Of a stretch of DNA of 46,238 nt, positions 7,074-16,482 are shown in pieces (position 1 is the stretch's first letter; every line of letters begins with the position of its first letter). A program made the position numbers and the translations under genes. The DNA is from a virus. Lineage: Duplodnaviria; Caudoviricetes. Where the stretch lies: IMG/VR virus record IMGVR_UViG_3300037100_000084, positions 1 through 46,238 of that record. One strand, written 5' to 3'. The notes beneath the pieces are model-generated. The model worked only from the letters and a program-made list of their open reading frames with translations. It had not been told where the DNA came from and did not search any database.

Positions 7074-8008
7074 TTTGCCCCCTTCGGCACTGACCAGCGC
7101 CGCGACTCGCTCGCGGCGACTGTGTATTCCTTACGCTGTACAACTTGCCACTTGGCTACGATATCCCCGTCGTGTCGCGCCACTTCTGCCCCATCCATCA
7201 GGACAATCATCCGATTCTCAATCTCGTTCAGGCGCTGGGTCTCTATCTCGATCGCGGCCTTTTGTGTGGCGCGTCGTTGCAAGAGCGTTACGAACTCATC
7301 GTCAACTTCGATTTCCTCGCGCGTGGCGTTGGCGTAGTGCGCCCTCAAGGCTTCCTTGGTGGACTCTGAGCCATCGATCTCTGGCATGCGCTGAAGCGTG
7401 ATGAGTGTCCACATGCGCTCCTCGGCCTTCACCATGTCAGCGATCAGTTCCTCGTCGCGATCGACGGCGAACCAGGTGAACTTGTTGCCCCCAATGAGCG
7501 CCGCGAAGTAGACCCGGCTGAGTCCCGTGACCGCCAGGTAGTGCTGCCCTTGAAGGCGCACGTGCAACGGAGGTCCCTCGGCCCACTCTTTGGCGTTGTA
7601 GGACCCAACGTTCTTCGCCTCGAGTATCTCAATCTCGCCGGTCTCTGAGTTGGTCACGAAGGCGTCGACGTTAGCGAGCATCCAGTTCCACTTCGTAGAG
7701 CGAAGCATGACCGGCTGGCGCTCAACGACGAGTTTGTTCTGGTCTGCGAACCAGGAGGTGATCAGGGGTTCGGCGCGACGGCCCGCTTCAAAGATTTCCT
7801 TGTCCTCGTCGGGCTGAGGGTCGACCTTGTCCAGGTAGAGCGCGACGGGACTCATGTAGGGCGACAATCCCATGGAAGCAGCTGCGTCCGAGCCACCTAG
7901 TCCGGTGCGCCGCAACTCCAGCCACTCTTCGCGCGAGACGGCGTCGGTGTCCTCGCAGACCACCTCGCACTGAAAAGTGCTAAAGAAATCTAGGGCCGAT
8001 TTCGTCAT
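7070..8008 (-). CDS. YqaJ-like viral recombinase exonuclease
   Basis: WLELRRTGLGGSD...G...E...MLANVDA...LEAKN...QGQHYLAVTG. Confidence 0.93.
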   Translation of the reverse strand: MTKSALDFFSTFQCEVVCEDTDAVSREEWLELRRTGLGGSDAAASMGLSPYMSPVALYLDKVDPQPDEDKEIFEAGRRAEPLITSWFADQNKLVVERQPVMLRSTKWNWMLANVDAFVTNSETGEIEILEAKNVGSYNAKEWAEGPPLHVRLQGQHYLAVTGLSRVYFAALIGGNKFTWFAVDRDEELIADMVKAEERMWTLITLQRMPEIDGSESTKEALRAHYANATREEIEVDDEFVTLLQRRATQKAAIEIETQRLNEIENRMIVLMDGAEVARHDGDIVAKWQVVQRKEYTVAASESRRWSVPKGAK

Positions 8009-8009
8009 C

Positions 8010-8294
8010 TCATTTTCCTTTTGGCGCTCCACACGCCGGGCAAAATCCTGAGCGCAACTTCGTGTGGTCACGTTGGCAGGTCTCTGTGACATCGACGGCG
8101 CCACCGCCAGCCTTGGCTTGTTCGAGTCGTCGCTCGCAGTCGACGAGGATGTGGAAGCACTTCATGGCCTTCTCGCGTGCGACCCCGAGTTCATCTTCGA
8201 GTCGCTTGACCTCGCCCTGCGCACTGGCCGTGTCCATGACTGCGTGGTCGTACTCACGTTGGGCACCGATCAGGGTGATCATGGGCTCAGTCAC
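8010..8294 (-). CDS. Hypothetical coiled-coil protein with C-terminal Zn ribbon
   Basis: ORF track; FCPACG. Confidence 0.65.
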   Translation of the reverse strand: MTEPMITLIGAQREYDHAVMDTASAQGEVKRLEDELGVAREKAMKCFHILVDCERRLEQAKAGGGAVDVTETCQRDHTKLRSGFCPACGAPKGK

Positions 8295-8500
8295 GACGCC
8301 GCTACTTGCTCGTCCTTCGCTCGCTCGGCGAACCAGGTTCGAAAGAGTTCACGGCCGACGTCGACGCGCGTCTCCTTGGAGATGAAGGCTGCGCAGGCTT
8401 CAAACGAAGCGCCCTCTCTGCGCAGCTCGAGGACTTGCACTACCAGATCGGGCCTCATTTGCTCGATCGCTTTCATGGCTGACGTTTTGGCCAAGATCAC
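8291..8500 (-). CDS. Small putative helix-turn-helix DNA-binding protein
   Basis: LRREGASFEACAAFI...VGRELFRTW pattern; first gene of the recombination operon. Confidence 0.55.
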   Translation of the reverse strand: MILAKTSAMKAIEQMRPDLVVQVLELRREGASFEACAAFISKETRVDVGRELFRTWFAERAKDEQVAAS

Positions 8501-8559
8501 CCCTTCACTTGTGCCGCGATGCTATCACTCTGCCAAGTATCGTGCCAGCATTAGTGACA

Positions 8560-8600
8560 GAAAACACAACGTCCACCGCTCGAAGGGGAACGGTGGACGT
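8560..8600 (-). terminator. Intrinsic terminator of the structural/lysis operon
   Basis: 10-bp stem acgtccaccg/cggtggacgt followed by tgtgttttc on the minus strand. Confidence 0.7.
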
Positions 8601-8640
8601 CGCGTTGATTCAACGTTGCGCCGGTTACGGGCCGACAGGA

Positions 8641-9138
8641 TTACTGTACCAGCGCGCCGTAGCCCTGTGCTGGAGTGACGCAATAAATATCAACCCAGTC
8701 GTGCAGCCAGCCGCCGTAGCGCAGCCCCTCATTGACCAGCGCCGAGCAGATCCACGACGGCTTGCGCGCGCCGCGGAACGCCGGAAACCAGTCCCAGGTC
8801 ACGATGTCGATGGCGATCGCGAGGATGGTGCCAACGCCGTAGCGGATTCCAAGCTGCGAGCGACAGAACACGAGCAGCTCGTGACGATCGACTGCGTCCG
8901 GCGGCGCCATGGTGACGTACCTGCCACCGGGCGCGACGGTCTCGAGTGGCGACTCGATTACTCCTCTGAGGGTGGCCTGGATGATGAGCGCCGTGCCGTC
9001 CTCAAGCACCTGGCTCACGACGAACTCGTGATTCCAGGTGCTCCACTTCTTGAACCTGAAGGTCTCGCCCAGCCGGATCAGCCGGCCCATAATGCCGTGG
9101 TTGTGGGCAAATCCAACGTCCCCGGCCTGAACGGTCAC
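8641..9138 (-). CDS. Permuted papain-like (YiiX/YaeF-type NlpC/P60) amidase
   Basis: GD..F, early WNH, G.RY and late ICSALV (His before Cys). Confidence 0.7.
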   Translation of the reverse strand: MTVQAGDVGFAHNHGIMGRLIRLGETFRFKKWSTWNHEFVVSQVLEDGTALIIQATLRGVIESPLETVAPGGRYVTMAPPDAVDRHELLVFCRSQLGIRYGVGTILAIAIDIVTWDWFPAFRGARKPSWICSALVNEGLRYGGWLHDWVDIYCVTPAQGYGALVQ

Positions 9139-10136
9139 GGGATCTTGGTGTAGGTCTCGAGTATCTGCTCGAGCGCCGCGAGGATGTCCTGCTCGGGGAC
9201 ACGCTTGATGGCCATCTCAGCCACGTGCAGGACGTCCCTGACGAGGCTGTCGGCACGTCCTAGAAGCCCCTCAGCCGGTTCGGTGGGTGTGGGAGTGCCG
9301 GGAGGTGCCTCAGCGGGGGAGTCTGGCTCACCTGGAGGCGCTGCTGCCAATGTGGGAGAAGTCTGGAGTTGCCATTTGGACACCAGATCATCGGCCGCGG
9401 CCTGACCGTTCTTCAGGATGAACCCGTCGGTGATCGAGAGCACCAGGCCCTCGATGCAGTTGATGTCGAACTCCTCGAGCATCCCCTCGAGCGCGGCCCA
9501 GGTGATGCAGGTCGTGATCGGGTTGCCCTGTTGGTACTTCACGCCCGACACGGCGTGGCCATCGCTCTGGTCTGGCGTGGTCGACTGCGTGCCCCATGGC
9601 TGGTTGTCGTCGAACTCCTGCTCGGCGTCGGCGTCCAGGGCCAAGAGGAAGATCACCCCGCCTTGGAAGTCGTAGATCGCTTCCTTGATCGTCAGCGGTT
9701 CAAAGTACGGCGTGCCGTCTGGGAGACGCGAGCTTGGTCCGAGCACGCCGGCGTACTTCCAGTCGCCGCGCTTGAGCAGGAACGTGGTGCCCTGGTAGGG
9801 GTCAGTGCCGTCGCCCGGGAATGCCTGGCCGACCGACTCGAGGAACTCGCGGTACAGCGTGGCACCGGCATCTTCAGCGTCCTCGACGAAACCCTCGACG
9901 AAGGTGTCGGCCGTGAGGGTTCCCTGGACCGTGCGCGAGTGAACGCGCGCAGCGAAGAAGCAGTTGGGAAGCGTGGCGTTGCCCTGCATCGCGTACTTCG
10001 TGCGCCCATACGTGGCGTCGTACTCGGCTGGCGCCTGAAGCACCGGCGAGGGAGAAGCGGCGATGGCCTCGTCGACTGGCGCGTGGCGCTTGACACCGCG
10101 CTGACCGTGCGCTCGCACTTCGATCTGGTCACTCAT
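9135..10136 (-). CDS. Papain-fold cysteine peptidase-like protein, possible lysin
   Basis: MQGN....NC..AA..H ... DGHAV..VKY ... ITW; located in the lysis region. Confidence 0.55.
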   Translation of the reverse strand: MSDQIEVRAHGQRGVKRHAPVDEAIAASPSPVLQAPAEYDATYGRTKYAMQGNATLPNCFFAARVHSRTVQGTLTADTFVEGFVEDAEDAGATLYREFLESVGQAFPGDGTDPYQGTTFLLKRGDWKYAGVLGPSSRLPDGTPYFEPLTIKEAIYDFQGGVIFLLALDADAEQEFDDNQPWGTQSTTPDQSDGHAVSGVKYQQGNPITTCITWAALEGMLEEFDINCIEGLVLSITDGFILKNGQAAADDLVSKWQLQTSPTLAAAPPGEPDSPAEAPPGTPTPTEPAEGLLGRADSLVRDVLHVAEMAIKRVPEQDILAALEQILETYTKIP

Positions 10137-10440
10137 TTATGTGCTCCTCGTGGTGTGCGTTGAAGTCTTCAACGGTGGGCCGATTGTCGGTCGCAGGGTG
10201 GTGCTTGTGACAGAGGTGGTACTTCACGCCGTCCAGATCGTACTCATGCTTGGCGAGGCGCCAGCAGTTCTTGATATGGCAGTTCCACTTTTTGTAGGTT
10301 CCGATTACGGCGGCGATGATGGCCAGTTCGCCGATGTCCGACACCCAGCCCGACCACGCGTTGTACCAGACGTTCGGTTTGAGTTCCGAGGTGCCACTGT
10401 GGACGAGCCACCAGTGCCAGGAGGCGTGAAGCCAGTGCAT
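10129..10440 (-). CDS. Small membrane protein with Cys/His-rich C-terminus
   Basis: YNAWSG..SDIGEL + hydrophobic helix + NCH...CWRL. Confidence 0.7.
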   Translation of the reverse strand: MHWLHASWHWWLVHSGTSELKPNVWYNAWSGWVSDIGELAIIAAVIGTYKKWNCHIKNCWRLAKHEYDLDGVKYHLCHKHHPATDNRPTVEDFNAHHEEHINE

Positions 10441-10515
10441 CTACCGGCGCCCGAAGATGACGAGCAGTGCTGCGATGACGACGACAACGGCGCCGACGAT
10501 TTCCCAGATTGGCAT
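10441..10515 (-). CDS. 24-aa transmembrane peptide MPIWEIVGAVVVVIAALLVIFGRR
   Basis: Own translation; AAGGAG SD; fills the gap. Confidence 0.6.
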   Translation of the reverse strand: MPIWEIVGAVVVVIAALLVIFGRR

Positions 10516-10518
10516 GTG

Positions 10519-10704
10519 CTACTCCTTACTGCCCCTGCGTAACTCTCCCACAAGAAACGCTCCGCAGAAGGCAGTCTCAGCCAGGCCGGTGAAAGCCGTG
10601 TGATGACCGTAGGTGTTCCACGGGCCACCGATCACCGAGACCAGGGAAGCGGCGAAGAACATCGCTGTGGCGACGGCTAGCAGCCTCGCCTTCCACGACT
10701 TCAC
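10519..10704 (-). CDS. Two-TM membrane protein, holin candidate
   Basis: Two hydrophobic segments, basic C-terminus, lysis-region context. Confidence 0.55.
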   Translation of the reverse strand: MKSWKARLLAVATAMFFAASLVSVIGGPWNTYGHHTAFTGLAETAFCGAFLVGELRRGSKE

Positions 10705-11243
10705 GCGGGTTTATCTTGCGTGAGTGATTCTTCTAGGCGCGTCTGAGAAGCCTCAATGCGAGCTTGCGACGCTTCGGTGCGGTAGAGGGCGTCTCGCGTG
10801 CTAGATCCGTCATTGTTCTGCGTGTCCTTGACGAGGATTCTCGACGATGCCACGAGAGCGGCGAGTTGCTTGCCCTGCGCCTCGAGGATCTCCCCGTTGT
10901 GCTTAATTGTCAGGCCGTGCGCAATGACCGTTTCCATGAGACCTCCCTGCCCCATGATCGCCGTCGCGAGACCAGGCGCGGGGCGCGGATTCAGAAGACT
11001 CGGTTCCTCGCCTGCCACCACGACGACGAGCTTGTCCACCTGAGTTGCGACCTTGGCGATGGCGACCGCGTTCGTAGTCGAAGTGGCCTTCATGTCGTCG
11101 ACGCTGGTGCGCACCTTGCGGATGCTGTAGCCGATGACTGCGGGTACCGCCAGGAGGATGAGTCCCGCGACGATTGTTCCGGTGGTCGAGACTACGAGAC
11201 CGTGACCATAGGGCACGTGATTGCTAGCAGCCGCCAAGATCAT
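10701..11243 (-). CDS. Membrane-anchored coiled-coil protein (lysis region)
   Basis: N-terminal TM segment; directly downstream of the NlpC/P60 gene. Confidence 0.65.
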   Translation of the reverse strand: MILAAASNHVPYGHGLVVSTTGTIVAGLILLAVPAVIGYSIRKVRTSVDDMKATSTTNAVAIAKVATQVDKLVVVVAGEEPSLLNPRPAPGLATAIMGQGGLMETVIAHGLTIKHNGEILEAQGKQLAALVASSRILVKDTQNNDGSSTRDALYRTEASQARIEASQTRLEESLTQDKPA

Positions 11244-11782
11244 GCCGAGACTCGGTTCGCTGGCCGGTAAAAGCCAACAACCCCCAGACCATTGGACAGG
11301 TTGTGTACCTGGTCACGATTGAACGGGATCTCGCAGTTGTTTCGCTCGGAGTCGTAGGCGTTGAGGAGCAGGCCGGTGCGCGTCTCGTGGTCGTACTCAG
11401 CCACGATGCCCGTGTGGCCCGCGTAGCCCGGCGTGTTGTCACTGCCGAGGAAGCAACCGACGTCGCCAGGTAGGAGAGGCTGACTGGGATGGACGATGCC
11501 GCCCAAGTGCTGCTTCCACTGGTCGTTGGCGTTGCCATTGGAGATCGAGAAGAAGCCAGCGCGGCGCAGGCACACGACGATCTCGCCGGAGCAGTCAACG
11601 CGAGTTGGCCACGGCTCACCTGGCATCCAGTCGTGGCCATCGCCGTCAGAGCCAGCAGGCGATTGCTCGGAGTACGGGGTGTGGAGAAGCTCCTCAGCCG
11701 TCGCGACGATCAGCGCAGCTGCGGCCTCGCGAGGAGTTGGAGGAGGCGAACTCGGTGGCGCGTGGAGAGGGAGATCGCTCAT
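11240..11782 (-). CDS. NlpC/P60 peptidoglycan endopeptidase (endolysin candidate)
   Basis: PY...VDCSG...PGD..F...GHTGI; start moved to MSDLP at TGATG overlap. Confidence 0.85.
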   Translation of the reverse strand: MSDLPLHAPPSSPPPTPREAAAALIVATAEELLHTPYSEQSPAGSDGDGHDWMPGEPWPTRVDCSGEIVVCLRRAGFFSISNGNANDQWKQHLGGIVHPSQPLLPGDVGCFLGSDNTPGYAGHTGIVAEYDHETRTGLLLNAYDSERNNCEIPFNRDQVHNLSNGLGVVGFYRPANRVSA

Positions 11783-13122
11783 CAGTCGACCAGAAACGAT
11801 ATGCCGTCGAGGATGAAGAACGACAGGGTCCCGGCGAATACTGGGGCCACCGTGTTGGGTCCGAGGATGAGGAAGGTCGGGAACGAGGCCCCCGTAGCCA
11901 CTGCGGGGATATACGTGGACTGAGTGGGGTCGTAGAAGCCAGAGGGCATGGTCCAGGCCGTCGTATTGGTCGAACCACCCGACATCTGGCCACGTAACTG
12001 AACACGGTTGCCTATGAGGCGATACTGAGGGTTGGGTGGGTTTGCTCCAACCCACGAGTTCCCCAACGCCGGAGTAATCCATCCCGAATCCTGCGCCCCC
12101 TCGCAGACGAACCAGTTTGTACCGTCCGAGACGAGAACTACGAAGGCGTTTTGAGCACCCAAAATAATAGAGGTCGTTGAGGCCGGTATTCCGGGGCCGA
12201 TGATGTGGCCGCTCGCGGCGGTGAGCGTGACGGGCGAAGCGTTGGACGCGGCGTAGTTGGCGGTCGCACCGAAGGTTGCGCCCTCGGCGGCAGTAGGCGA
12301 CGTGACAGTCAGTGCCGCAGAGGCCACAGCGAAGTCGAAGCTCGCTGCGGTGTAACCAGAACTCTTGGCAATCGGCTGCAGCCCGCTGGGTGTAGGCGCC
12401 GCCCACGCCAGCGCGCCAGCCACCATCGAGAGGATCTGACCGTTCGAACCCTTCCCCAAACGGGTGACAGTGCCAGCGCCCGTCCCGACGATGAGGTCCC
12501 CGGCGGTCGTGACCACGCTTGACGTTGAGGCCGCCCACGCTGGTGAGCCGCTGACCACGGTGAGCACGTAGCCCGTGGTGCCGATGGGGAGACGAGTGAG
12601 AGCGTGAGAACCTGAGGCGATGAGCATGTCGCCGGTGGCGCTCAGGATCGACTTCGAAGAGTCCTGATAGGCCGGCACGCCCGAGGACCCGGCACCAATG
12701 ACCTGGTACTCAGTGGCCGAGATGGGCAGGCGCGACATGACCACGCCGGTGGTGGTGCTGACGTAGACCATGTCGCCCTTGGTGGTGGGCACGAAGAGAC
12801 GCGCTGAGACGTCGGCGCAGAAGGCAGCGTCGAGGGTGTGGACAACCGGCGCATCCTCGGCATGGTTCTGCGCGGTAGTCCCGTCGTACCCGCGCCCGAG
12901 AAGGGTGTCAAGCGTCACCGTGGTGCCCGAGTAGGAGTCGACGAGAACGGTTTCCTGGAGGGTTTCATTTCCCTGGTCCAGGGTGACGGTGAAGGGAAGC
13001 CCTGAAGATGGCCAGCCGGCGACCGAAGCGACGGCGAAGGTCAGTGCACTGCTATTGATGGCGCTGGTGAGAGTCGTCTCAACCGCTGCCCCCGAGAAGC
13101 CCTGTTGGCGCCCTAGACCCAT
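11782..13122 (-). CDS. Tail fibre / minor tail protein
   Basis: Three GD-RL-G-L-PAW repeats; C-terminal L.N.W...YR..GN.V.LRG domain typical of fibres. Confidence 0.75.
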   Translation of the reverse strand: MGLGRQQGFSGAAVETTLTSAINSSALTFAVASVAGWPSSGLPFTVTLDQGNETLQETVLVDSYSGTTVTLDTLLGRGYDGTTAQNHAEDAPVVHTLDAAFCADVSARLFVPTTKGDMVYVSTTTGVVMSRLPISATEYQVIGAGSSGVPAYQDSSKSILSATGDMLIASGSHALTRLPIGTTGYVLTVVSGSPAWAASTSSVVTTAGDLIVGTGAGTVTRLGKGSNGQILSMVAGALAWAAPTPSGLQPIAKSSGYTAASFDFAVASAALTVTSPTAAEGATFGATANYAASNASPVTLTAASGHIIGPGIPASTTSIILGAQNAFVVLVSDGTNWFVCEGAQDSGWITPALGNSWVGANPPNPQYRLIGNRVQLRGQMSGGSTNTTAWTMPSGFYDPTQSTYIPAVATGASFPTFLILGPNTVAPVFAGTLSFFILDGISFLVD

Positions 13123-13146
13123 GCGACAACCCTACGCGAGGAGACC

Positions 13147-15432
13147 CTAGTCAAGCGTCACCAACTTAACGGTGGTGACTCCCGTGAACCACGTGCGTAA
13201 GTCGTTGACGTTCTCGGGCTTCATCATTATCTGATCGATGTACGCGCTGCGCGTGATGCCGAGCATCGTCACTTGGATGACCTGGCCCGTCGCCTCGAGG
13301 CCCTTTAGGAAGAGATACTCAGCGAGGCAGTCGATGACGAAGCGCCGCTGTGACTTGCCCAGTGTCTCGACGCGATCCTTCCAGATGAGCGCAAGCAGTA
13401 TCTCGTCTTGGCGCTTGGTGACGACCATGGCCTTGGAGATGTGGCTGAGAAACGTTGGCCCGCTCTCCTGGCCCGTCGCTGCGGTGAGTGTGACGAGAGG
13501 TAGGAAGCGATCGGCGGTGTTGAGTCCGGCCGAGAGGGGCGTGTCGACGGTCGTCGATCCCTCGACGTCGTTGGTACCCACCTCGATGATGGTGGCCATG
13601 TCCTCCATGACGATCTGGTAGGTGACGCTCGCGCCGGCCGGCAGCGGGAGGTGCTGGAAGTCGACCTCGACGACGATCTTGGTCTCCAAGGTTCCGTATC
13701 GCACCCAGCCGGATTCGAACCAACCCGACTCCACGACGTTTCCGTCAGGACCGTAGAGCGCATAGTCCCCTCCGTTGTTGATCACGAAGTACGGGACGCC
13801 AGCCATGACGACGACCTGGCTGGTGGTGCCGACGCTCGCTCCCATGACGTCGGTCGCGTAGGCGGGGACGCCCGGCGTCGTGTACTGGCTCAGGTCCGCA
13901 CGTCCGATGCCCGAGATCGTAGGTAGCTCTGAGGACCACGGTTCGCTCGGGTCGTAGTTGGACCACCCGAAATACTGGTACTGCGCCCACGCCGCGGTGC
14001 AATAGACCGGACCCGGGTCCTCGATCACTGGGTTGATGTCGAAGATGCCGTCGGAGTTGGCGTCGGTGCCGGTGCGCACGCCAAGCGACGTGCCGAGCAG
14101 GATCGAGCCGGCGTTGTAGGCAATCGCATTGATCGTCTCGCCGTAGGGGAGCGCTGTTGCCCAGGTAGGAGGCGCGAGAGTGGCGCCGTCGTTGGTCGAG
14201 TCCGGCTGGATCGCGCCGACGAACGCTAGGCCACTGTCGGGACCTCCCGAGTTGCCAGCGACGATGATGGCCGAAGGCAGTTCGGTCCCGCAGTTGAAGA
14301 CGAAGTCGGGGTTCTCATGCTGATAGATGAAGGTGATGTTGCCGTTGGCGAGTATCTCCACCAAGTCCTGACCGGTCGAGGCGATGAGGTGCGTCTTGGC
14401 GTAGAGGACGAAGGTCGCCTTGTAGGGCGTCGACCCCGTGCCGTTGCTCGTTGGGTGAGCGCTGACCGTACCGGCCACCGTGCCGTCGTCGACGAAGCTC
14501 GGGGTGTCGCCGGTGTAGATGAGCAGGTCTGAGCCACCGATGTTGCGACGCACCTTGAAGTTGCTCGCGTTGGTGTCGGGGTTCCATGAAAGGTTCACGG
14601 GGGTACTGGCCACAGTGACAGTCACCTCGACGGCCGTCGTCTCGTTGCCGAAAGCATCAACCTCGCTGACGTAGTAGTGCGTCGTTCCGTTGGGGAGATT
14701 CGTGGCGTTCACGGTGCCCGCCCCGGCGAGTGTGGCAATGACTCCTCCGACGCCATTCAGCGCGGCCGGCGTGGCAGCTGCGGCTGATGTCGTGGTCCCT
14801 GCGGAGGTGACGTAGACGCCGTCCGTTCCAGTGGCGAACCAGACACGCGATCCATCGCTAGTGAGCGAGACAATCGTCGTTGAGTTGGCGCTCGTGACCT
14901 CGGTCCAGGAGGGCGAGTCGACGCCGACTGGGTTCAGCGTCCAGTAGAGGTGCGCGCCGTCGGTCTTGTAGAGGTAGTTGCCACACGCCACGATGAGTAG
15001 GTTTGACGTTGACGTCGCGATCGAGGCGTACTCGGGGAGCAGCGTGAGTTTGCCCTGCGTCCACGGATTGATTCCCTGGCTCTTCCAAAAGCGCGTGCGC
15101 ACGCTGGGGTACTCGCCCGAGTGCACGTAGACCGACTCGAAGGCGAAGCGGTTGTCAAGAAACTCCTGGCCAGCGCCGAGGAACCAGTTATCCTGTGCGC
15201 GTGGCCAGATGCCAGCAGCTGAGAGAGTCTGTTCCCCCGGCTCGACTGAGTCGTCGGCACTCTGGCGACGTACTTGCATCGTGGTGATCTGAGACTTGAC
15301 GAAGTCGATCTGGTACGTGTGACCATTGATCGAGATCGGCAGAAGGAACGGAACGATGCCCCCAGCGGACGAGCTCGAGCCCGGCCACCACGGAGTGTGG
15401 ATTGGATTGTGGAAGGTGGTGACCGAGCCCAC
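13147..15432 (-). CDS. Tail tubular/nozzle-like protein (beta-rich)
   Basis: 761 aa, beta-propeller-like composition; position after the adaptor-like gene. Confidence 0.6.
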   Translation of the reverse strand: MGSVTTFHNPIHTPWWPGSSSSAGGIVPFLLPISINGHTYQIDFVKSQITTMQVRRQSADDSVEPGEQTLSAAGIWPRAQDNWFLGAGQEFLDNRFAFESVYVHSGEYPSVRTRFWKSQGINPWTQGKLTLLPEYASIATSTSNLLIVACGNYLYKTDGAHLYWTLNPVGVDSPSWTEVTSANSTTIVSLTSDGSRVWFATGTDGVYVTSAGTTTSAAAATPAALNGVGGVIATLAGAGTVNATNLPNGTTHYYVSEVDAFGNETTAVEVTVTVASTPVNLSWNPDTNASNFKVRRNIGGSDLLIYTGDTPSFVDDGTVAGTVSAHPTSNGTGSTPYKATFVLYAKTHLIASTGQDLVEILANGNITFIYQHENPDFVFNCGTELPSAIIVAGNSGGPDSGLAFVGAIQPDSTNDGATLAPPTWATALPYGETINAIAYNAGSILLGTSLGVRTGTDANSDGIFDINPVIEDPGPVYCTAAWAQYQYFGWSNYDPSEPWSSELPTISGIGRADLSQYTTPGVPAYATDVMGASVGTTSQVVVMAGVPYFVINNGGDYALYGPDGNVVESGWFESGWVRYGTLETKIVVEVDFQHLPLPAGASVTYQIVMEDMATIIEVGTNDVEGSTTVDTPLSAGLNTADRFLPLVTLTAATGQESGPTFLSHISKAMVVTKRQDEILLALIWKDRVETLGKSQRRFVIDCLAEYLFLKGLEATGQVIQVTMLGITRSAYIDQIMMKPENVNDLRTWFTGVTTVKLVTLD

Positions 15433-15438
15433 GCGCGC

Positions 15439-16482
15439 CTAGTAGTTCGAAGAGCGGTAGGGAAAGTCGCTCAGTAGTTGGATCTGAGCATCCATCAGCC
15501 GGTTGTCGCGCTCCTCTTTGAACTGCGCGGCCGTCTGGAGTATTGACGCGGCGGTCACAGCTTGGTCATCTTGTGACTGGCCTTGGACGTTGAGCATGTT
15601 GCGCCGCACTGCGATCATGCGCATCAACCTCGCGGTAACGCCGAGGGCTGGAATGTCGAGATAGCGCTCATCGAGTCCGACGTCGCTGATCATGTCGGTG
15701 TCGTCATCCCACGATGTGTCGACGTTAAAGGGCGTCGCGAAGATCACGTTGAGATTGCCCGTGACGGTGGGCAGCGCGGTGCCCGTGAGGATGAGCGAGT
15801 GACCCGAAGGAAACTCGACCGGGTTCGCATTGGGCTGGTAGCGAAACGGGAACGAGGGGTTCGCCTGTTCGATGTCGACGCTCCCCGGTACGAACCAAAA
15901 GCCAGGCGCGCCAATGTAGGGCGGCTGAGGAGCAGTGACGAGCAGGATGCGGTTGATCGTGGCACCGAGGCCACCAGCCGAGACCGGGTTCACAATCGCA
16001 CCGAGGTCGTAGCCCCGCTGCCAGAGCACGATGGGGATCTGGACGTTAGCGACACCGTAGACCTGAGGACCCCACTTGCGAATCTCGTCTCGGATGCGGT
16101 TCTGCAAGAGAGCACGCGGCCACGGCGGGTCGACGATCACCTGTGCGTTCGCCCCGGCCGCGACCGGCGTGGTGTCGTCGAATCCCCTGATCACTTGAGC
16201 AGTGTTCGCCGACTCATCGACGTTGAGAACGTACATGGTCTCGGTGCCTACCGCGAGAAGAGACCCGATGGTGATGCCATTCAGTGGGTTGACGAAGCCA
16301 ATGCCGCTCTCGACGGTTCCAGAGGCCGGCGCGTCGATCGACCCCGCCAAGAGGTTGATCTCGTCGCGCGTGGTGCCACGAAGTTGCTGGATCAGGTCAT
16401 CGGTCATCTGACCCAGCGTGTAGGTCGTGGTGATGATCTGGCCGTCCTCGAGGAACGTGGAGGTGTCGGTGGGGAAGACCAC
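15439..16482 (-). CDS. Head-tail adaptor / tail tubular A-like protein
   Basis: Size and synteny after the capsid genes. Confidence 0.55.
   Translation of the reverse strand: MVFPTDTSTFLEDGQIITTTYTLGQMTDDLIQQLRGTTRDEINLLAGSIDAPASGTVESGIGFVNPLNGITIGSLLAVGTETMYVLNVDESANTAQVIRGFDDTTPVAAGANAQVIVDPPWPRALLQNRIRDEIRKWGPQVYGVANVQIPIVLWQRGYDLGAIVNPVSAGGLGATINRILLVTAPQPPYIGAPGFWFVPGSVDIEQANPSFPFRYQPNANPVEFPSGHSLILTGTALPTVTGNLNVIFATPFNVDTSWDDDTDMISDVGLDERYLDIPALGVTARLMRMIAVRRNMLNVQGQSQDDQAVTAASILQTAAQFKEERDNRLMDAQIQLLSDFPYRSSNY

Noticed and set aside
11783-12538. 432-aa version of the NlpC/P60 ORF
   Set aside because: The extension is an alternative frame inside the tail fibre gene; the real start is likely 11782
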